Positions 58,563 to 64,000 of a DNA stretch of 64,000 bases are shown piece after piece; position 1 is the stretch's first letter; each line of letters opens with the position of its first letter. A model generated the notes under the pieces. It worked only from the letters and a program-made list of their open reading frames with translations, was not told the origin of the DNA and ran no database searches. Origin of the DNA: Dehalococcoidia bacterium (GTDB lineage Bacteria > Chloroflexota > Dehalococcoidia > Lucifugimonadales > UBA3495); contig OZ244879.1 in NCBI GenBank assembly GCA_965221295.1, positions 705,535-769,534 of the forward strand, written 5' to 3'. Position numbers and translations under genes: made by a program.

Positions 58563-59615
58563 CTAGTGGATCAGCATGGCGTCGCCAAAGGAATAGAAAC
58601 GGTACCCTAACCGTATGGCTTCCTGGTAGGCGGAGAGGATCCGCTCCCGGCCGGCGAAGGCCGACACCAACATGAGCAGGGTGGAACGCGGCAGGTGGAA
58701 GTTGGTGAGCATGGCGTCCACCAGGCGAAATCGATGGCCGGGCACGATGAAGAGATCCGCGTTGCCCGCGGTTGCGGAGAGGTCGCCATCCTGCCCGCCC
58801 GCCACGTGCTCCAGCGTTCGCACCGAGGTGGTGCCCACCGCGATGATGCGACGCCCGTCGCGCCGGGCTTGGTTGATGGCGTCGGCAGTTTCCTGGGGTA
58901 GGTCAAACCACTCAGTATGGATCTTGTGCTGGCCGATGTCCTCGCCGTGGACAGGCCGGAAGGTGTCGAGGCCCACGTGGAGCGTGACCCAGGCGGTAAG
59001 CGTCCCCAGGCTCCGAATAGATTCCAGCATCCCCTCGGTGAAATGAAGGCCCGCGGTGGGCGCGGCGACGCTGCCCGGCGCGTCGGCATACACCGTTTGG
59101 TAGCGCTCCGGGTCGGCCGGCTTTTCTTTGATGTACGGCGGCAGGGGCAACTCGCCAATGCCGTCCAGATCGGCCTCGTCGGATAGCCGTACCGTGCGCA
59201 GTCCATTCTCGTGGGTATCCAATATCTCGATGAGGACGCCATCGGAACCATCGGACTCGAGCGACCGAGTGGGGACGATCACCTGGGAGCCGGCTCGCAG
59301 GCGGCGGCCGGGGCGTCCCAAGGCCTGCCAAATTCCTGGTTCCACGCGCCGCGCCAGCAGTATTTCCACTGCGGCGCCGGACCGAGTTTCGGTTCCGTGC
59401 AGGCGCGCCGGGATCACCCGGCTACGGTTGAAAACCATCAGATCTCCGGGTCGCAGGTACTCGGTGAGATCGCGAAAGGATCGGTGTTCGCAGCCACCGA
59501 CGCTGGCCTCACGGTTGAGCGCCAGCAAACGGGACGAATCCCTCGGCTCGGCGGGCGCCTGAGCGATAAGTTCGGGAGGCAGGTGATAGTCGAAGTCGCC
59601 GGTGCGGAGTGTCAT
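58563..59615 (-). CDS. queA: S-adenosylmethionine:tRNA ribosyltransferase-isomerase
   Basis: DFDYHLPPELIAQ.P, LPPYI, YQTVYA, AAPTAGLHFT, TNFHLPRS, YRFYSFGDAM. Confidence 0.95.
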   Translation of the reverse strand: MTLRTGDFDYHLPPELIAQAPAEPRDSSRLLALNREASVGGCEHRSFRDLTEYLRPGDLMVFNRSRVIPARLHGTETRSGAAVEILLARRVEPGIWQALGRPGRRLRAGSQVIVPTRSLESDGSDGVLIEILDTHENGLRTVRLSDEADLDGIGELPLPPYIKEKPADPERYQTVYADAPGSVAAPTAGLHFTEGMLESIRSLGTLTAWVTLHVGLDTFRPVHGEDIGQHKIHTEWFDLPQETADAINQARRDGRRIIAVGTTSVRTLEHVAGGQDGDLSATAGNADLFIVPGHRFRLVDAMLTNFHLPRSTLLMLVSAFAGRERILSAYQEAIRLGYRFYSFGDAMLIH

Positions 59616-59688
59616 GGTGAATTCACCGGAAACGCTGGCCGGGCCCCGACCTGAGAATCGCGATTTCGCATCTCGCTGGAGCCGCGGA

Positions 59689-60576
59689 CTATTGCCCCGC
59701 CTGGAGCCGCGCAGCGTCCAGCGTGTTGCTGATTAGCATCGCGACGGTCATGGGGCCGATGCCGCCAGGGACGGGCGTTATGGCTTCGGCCTTGGCGGCC
59801 ACGGGTTCGTAATCCACGTCGCCGACCAACCGGTAGCCCCGCCGGTTGGATGCGTCGTCAACGCGGTTGATGCCCACGTCGATGACCACGGCGCCCGGCC
59901 GCACCATTTCGGCTCCCACCGCTTGCGGCGATCCCATGGCGGCGATGAGGATGTCGGCCTGGCGGGTCAGATCGGGCAGTTCGCGGGTCCGGGTGTGGCA
60001 CACGGTGACGGTGGCGTTGCCGCCGGGGGCCCGTTGCATCAGCAGGGCAGCCAGAGGCTTGCCGACGATGTTGCTGCGGCCGACGATCACCACGCGTTTC
60101 CCGGCTGGATCATAGCCGGACCGGAGGAGAACCTGCTGCACGGCGGCCGGCGTACAGGGCAAGAAGGTCGGTTGGCCCTGTAGCATCCGGCCCTGGCTCA
60201 CCGGATGCAGGCCATCGACGTCCTTCTCCGGCGCGATGCGCTCGATGACGGCGGTCTCGTCCAAATGGCTCGGCAGCGGCAGTTGCACCAGGATGCCGTG
60301 GAACTGTGGGGCGGCGTTGAGGCGGTCAATGTTGGCCAACAGTTCGGTTTGCGTGATTTCGGCGGGTAGCTGAAAGGTTTCGGAGAAGACGCCAGCGTCG
60401 GCGCAGGCACGCGCCTTGTTGCGAACGTACACCGCGGATGCCGGGGAGTCGCCGACCAGTACCGCGGCGAGTCCGGTCGTTACGCCGGCGTCTTTGGCAA
60501 GTTCCGCCACGCCGAGCGCGACCTCAGCGCGGACGCTGGCGGCCAACTCGTTGCCGTTGATAACTTGGGCGGTCAT
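59689..60576 (-). CDS. folD: Methylenetetrahydrofolate dehydrogenase/cyclohydrolase
   Basis: YVRNK, GILVQLPLP, KDVDG, PCTP, GRSNIVGKP, TPVPGGIGPMT. Confidence 0.95.
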   Translation of the reverse strand: MTAQVINGNELAASVRAEVALGVAELAKDAGVTTGLAAVLVGDSPASAVYVRNKARACADAGVFSETFQLPAEITQTELLANIDRLNAAPQFHGILVQLPLPSHLDETAVIERIAPEKDVDGLHPVSQGRMLQGQPTFLPCTPAAVQQVLLRSGYDPAGKRVVIVGRSNIVGKPLAALLMQRAPGGNATVTVCHTRTRELPDLTRQADILIAAMGSPQAVGAEMVRPGAVVIDVGINRVDDASNRRGYRLVGDVDYEPVAAKAEAITPVPGGIGPMTVAMLISNTLDAARLQAGQ

Positions 60577-60960
60577 CGGCGGTTTGGTTGTATTCCTAGT
60601 ATTGAACGGTGATCGATATTGAACGGTGATCGCGATTGGCGGCCAGTCGTCGGCGTGTCAGGGTCCGGCTGGCGAGATGTGGTCAAGGCTGTCAGGGGCG
60701 TGAAGCTCGATTCCTCGGCGTTTGGGGGTCAATCCGCAAAATTGACCCATCGAGGATTCAGGCGGTTCGAATGGCCGTCGCCGTTGCCACTTTACTGCGA
60801 TCACCCTTGGATTATACCGCCCAATGATACCATTTTAGCGACTGACCCCATCATGCCGTTACCTTCCCGCCGTCCGCCGTCCTGCCGTCGCCATGCCGCC
60901 GTCGCTACGCCGCCGTCGCCACGCCAATGACGTTTGCCATCGGCTGGGAATGGGCCTACA

Positions 60961-61905
60961 ATGCCCACCATGCGTATCGTGTCATTGTTGCCCAGCGCTA
61001 CTGAGACCGTGTTTGCACTCGGGCTGGGGGATTCGGTAGTGGGTGTTTCCCACATGTGCGACTTCCCGGCGGCGGCGCGCCAGCTCCCGGTGGTGAGCCG
61101 CAGCGTACGAAGCAAATCGCATCTGTCCAGCGCGGAAATTGACGCCATCGTCCAGCAGGCCAGGGCAACTGGCAACCCGTCCTACATCATAGATGGCGAC
61201 CTGCTGCGCCGATTGCGGCCGGACCTCATCCTGACTCAAGAGCTGTGCGAGGTGTGCGCCGTGGGCGCTGGTTCGGTTTTTGAAACGGCGGCTAAGGCGC
61301 TGGATTACACCCCCGAGATCCTGAGCATCCGGCCCGCCGGACTGGGCGACATCTTCGACAATATCCGGCGGATTGGAGACGCGGCTGGAGCCCCCGAACG
61401 GGCCACGGCGCTGCTGGACGAACTGGCCGGTCGCGTCGATTATGTTTCCGAGCGCGCGCAGGACGGGCATCAACCCAAGGTCTTCTGCATCGATTGGCTG
61501 GAGCCGTTGCGAAACACTGGGCAGTGGACTCCCGAGCTGGTGGAATTGGCTGGCGGTGAAGAAGGCCTGGCGGAAAAGTGGGGCAAGTCGCGAGAAGTCG
61601 CCTGGCAAGAAGCGTTGGATTACCAGCCGGACTACGTGATGGTGATGCCCTGCGCGTTCGACATGGACCGAACCATCGCCGAGGCGTCGCGTCTATCGGC
61701 CCGGCCGGAATGGAACGCTCTGGACGCAGTGCGCAACGGGCGCATTTTCCTGTTTGACGGCCAGATCCCCAGCCGGCACGGGCCCCGGGTCATCGACGTG
61801 CTGGAAGGGCTGGCGGAGGCGATGCGTCCTCAAATGTTCGACGGGCTGACCCGGCCGGGAATTTTTCGTCCGGCCACGCCGGCTACGCCAGTTGCGGCCG
61901 GATAG
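60961..61905 (+). CDS. BtuF-like cobalamin/Fe-siderophore-binding protein
   Basis: MRIVSLLPSATE...VGVSH.CD.P, PDLILTQ.LC.VCA, RHGPR; no obvious signal peptide. Confidence 0.8.
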   Translation: MPTMRIVSLLPSATETVFALGLGDSVVGVSHMCDFPAAARQLPVVSRSVRSKSHLSSAEIDAIVQQARATGNPSYIIDGDLLRRLRPDLILTQELCEVCAVGAGSVFETAAKALDYTPEILSIRPAGLGDIFDNIRRIGDAAGAPERATALLDELAGRVDYVSERAQDGHQPKVFCIDWLEPLRNTGQWTPELVELAGGEEGLAEKWGKSREVAWQEALDYQPDYVMVMPCAFDMDRTIAEASRLSARPEWNALDAVRNGRIFLFDGQIPSRHGPRVIDVLEGLAEAMRPQMFDGLTRPGIFRPATPATPVAAG

Positions 61906-61992
61906 CCAACGCGGCGCCATGGCCAGCGCAACGCCATAGCTGGTTGCGCCCCGTGGAACGACAATCGCAACGACACTTGGAGGGATGCGCCA

Positions 61993-62298
61993 ATGGGCTT
62001 GTACATGGTTTCGTTGGAACACGCTCCCGAACGCTGTCCGGGTGTGGATCTGGGAGTTCGCGACCGGGTCGTCCGCATGTCCTCGGAGCTTACCAACACC
62101 CTGCAACGGCGCGGCTGCGAGTTCAAAGGCGGCTGGGTCGGGAAGTCGTCGCACCGGACCTGGCTCCTGCTGGACGGACCAGACGCCCACGCGGTGGATG
62201 ACGCGGTGATCGATATGGGTCTGGCCACTTGGAACCGCGCCGAGATCTTCCCCATCATCACCATGGACGCCGCTTTTGGCGGATTGCCCACCGACTGA
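61993..62298 (+). CDS. Small hypothetical protein (possible dimeric alpha/beta barrel)
   Basis: GGAGG RBS; H.PERCP motif; 101 aa. Confidence 0.65.
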   Translation: MGLYMVSLEHAPERCPGVDLGVRDRVVRMSSELTNTLQRRGCEFKGGWVGKSSHRTWLLLDGPDAHAVDDAVIDMGLATWNRAEIFPIITMDAAFGGLPTD

Positions 62299-62468
62299 CT
62301 TGGCAACGGACTGACTTGGCAACGGACTGACTTGGCAACGGACTGACTTGGCAACGGACTGACTTGGCAACGGACTGACTTGGCAACGGACTGACTTGGC
62401 AACGGACTGACGTCCAAACCGACTGACATCCAGACCGACTGAGCTCCAAACCGACTGACTTCCAATTG
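62293..62468. repeat. 16-bp tandem repeat GACTGACTTGGCAACG: 7 perfect plus 4 degenerate units
   Basis: Units start at 62293 every 16 bp; variants gactgacgtccaaacc, gactgacatccagacc and others. Confidence 0.95.
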
Positions 62469-62525
62469 GTTTAGTTATGGCGCGCCTTGGTTCTGGCGTG
62501 TCCAGGAGCGTTTAGGAGAGGTTCC

Positions 62526-62960
62526 ATGAGCGAGAACATCTACCATCGGCGGCGGCGCATGGTGACCGATCCGGCGGACATCGGGCGGAACAAGATGGCC
62601 CCGGCCCGCAAAGTGGACATTGGCGCCGCGGGGGATTTCCCTTCGCTGCCGGCGCGGGTGAGGCTGGACGGAGGCGAGGAATTTTGGTTGGCCAAGGCCA
62701 AGGACGGACAATATCGCCTGCTGTCCATGGTGTGTCCGCACGCTTTCGGTCGGGTGGTCAAGTGGGACAAGAGCTTTCTGTGTCCCGACCACGGCTGGCG
62801 ATTCGAGGAGAGCCAGGGCGTCTGCGTCAATGGACCGCGGGCGCAACTCTTCTACCATGACGTGCTGGTGGAAAACGGCCGGTTGGTGGCGCAGATTCCG
62901 GCGGACAATGATGCTTCGGTCACCCACGCCCCTCCGCCGGCTTGGGCGGTTCCCAAGTAG
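62526..62960 (+). CDS. Rieske 2Fe-2S ferredoxin-like protein
   Basis: CPH...CPDHGW.F...G.C..GP. Confidence 0.85.
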   Translation: MSENIYHRRRRMVTDPADIGRNKMAPARKVDIGAAGDFPSLPARVRLDGGEEFWLAKAKDGQYRLLSMVCPHAFGRVVKWDKSFLCPDHGWRFEESQGVCVNGPRAQLFYHDVLVENGRLVAQIPADNDASVTHAPPPAWAVPK

Positions 62961-63134
62961 CCAAGCCCAAGTAGCCGGGCCAAGCAACGCTGGCCGTTGT
63001 GGAGCCGCAACGCGGAGAATACGCCTGCCGGGGTTGTCTAACCGGGGCCGGGGTCGGGACGACTCCTGAGCTAGCCGGGCAACGGTTACTACATTATAAT
63101 CGTTATCAAATTTGACCGATACATCGAAATTCGG

Positions 63135-63171
63135 TTGACACGCTGTTGGCGGTAATTTAAACTACCGCCAA
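63135..63171 (+). promoter_or_regulatory. Promoter with operator-like palindrome over -10
   Basis: TTGACA, 17 bp, TAAACT; TTGGCGGTA-N8-TACCGCCAA. Confidence 0.65.
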
Positions 63172-63240
63172 ATGTGAGCCGTTTGGGTCATCGTTGCCCG
63201 AAAGCGGCTATGGCAAGCACACACAGGAAGGAGGCACAGG

Positions 63241-64000
63241 ATGTCGCACAAAGATGACCTGGCATTGATGGCCCACCTGATGCGGCGCGCCGGCTTCGGC
63301 GCCAACCGCGCTGAGTTGGAGCGCTGCGTTGCCCAGGGTTACGAGGCCACCGTGGAAGAGCTTCTGAACCCGCCCGCCGAAAACGAGGGCGGCAAGATGG
63401 CTCTGTTGCTGCGGTATCACCCCAGCTTCCTGCTCCCCGGCGGCGTTCCCTTCTCCGGCCAGGCCAACTGGATGTACAACATGGTCTCCAGCGACCGGCC
63501 CCTGGAAGAGAAGATGACGCTGTTCTGGCACCATGTCTTCGCCACCGGCAACTCCAAGGTTGACAACTGCGACCAGTTGCTGGAACAGATCGACATGCTG
63601 CGCGAGCAGGGGATGGGCAACTACCGGGACATCCTCATTGAGCTGTCCAAGAACCCGGCCATGATCTTCTGGCTGGACAACAACGAGAATCATCGGGACG
63701 CCGTGAACGAGAACTGGGGCCGCGAGCTTCTGGAACTATTCTCCATGGGCGTTTCCAACTACACCGAAGTGGACGTTCGCGAGTGCTCCAGGGCCTTTAC
63801 CGGCTGGACCATCCAGGCCAAGCTGCCCCGAGCGCCCTACGGCCGCTACCCCTGGAAGTTCGAATACCGCGAGGAAGACCACGACTTCGGCGAGAAGACC
63901 TTCCTCGGTCGCACCGGCAACTTCAACGGCGAAGATATCATCGACATCATCCTGGAAGAGCCGGCGACCTCCCGCTTCATCTGCCGCCACCTCTACAACT
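63241..64000 (+). CDS. DUF1800 family protein (truncated at window end)
   Basis: GGAGG RBS; MSHKDDLALMAHLMRRAGFG...LEEKMTLFWHHVFAT...PAMIFWLDN...NENWGRELLELFSMG...FTGW. Confidence 0.85.
   Translation, partial: MSHKDDLALMAHLMRRAGFGANRAELERCVAQGYEATVEELLNPPAENEGGKMALLLRYHPSFLLPGGVPFSGQANWMYNMVSSDRPLEEKMTLFWHHVFATGNSKVDNCDQLLEQIDMLREQGMGNYRDILIELSKNPAMIFWLDNNENHRDAVNENWGRELLELFSMGVSNYTEVDVRECSRAFTGWTIQAKLPRAPYGRYPWKFEYREEDHDFGEKTFLGRTGNFNGEDIIDIILEEPATSRFICRHLYN

Noticed and set aside
62293-62468. Plasmid iterons or replication origin
   Set aside because: No rep or par gene, no adjacent AT-rich unwinding region or DnaA boxes; chromosomal context

Overview
GC-rich bacterial chromosomal window. 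Gene content and protein style suggest Chloroflexota (Dehalococcoidia/SAR202-like); this is inference only. Housekeeping genes: korAB-type oxidoreductase, pduO, hisH/hisA, lysA, holB, cmk, plsC, dapA, pheST, moeA, infC-rpmI-rplT, queA, folD. Other blocks: a cobalamin-riboswitch-led corrinoid completion operon headed by a ChuX/HutX-like gene, an aromatic catabolic cluster (HpaB-like, LigB-like, FAH), several stand-alone nucleases, and an orphan DNA methyltransferase. About ten intergenic arrays of one palindromic repeat family (GTCATTGCGAG...CTCGCAATGAC) cover roughly 4.5 kb. One array is interrupted by an intact IS481-family element with a GCAAT target duplication. Best candidates for undescribed biology: (1) a tandem pair of ferritin-like paralogs, one with all diiron ligands and one degenerate, resembling an alpha/beta diiron oxygenase and followed by a catalytically dead site-2-protease homolog; (2) the B12-regulated ChuX-like protein; (3) the REP-inserted IS481; (4) a protein resembling the RNA polymerase delta subunit. 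No CRISPR array, rRNA or tRNA was recognised. Family assignments come from motifs read by eye, not from database searches.
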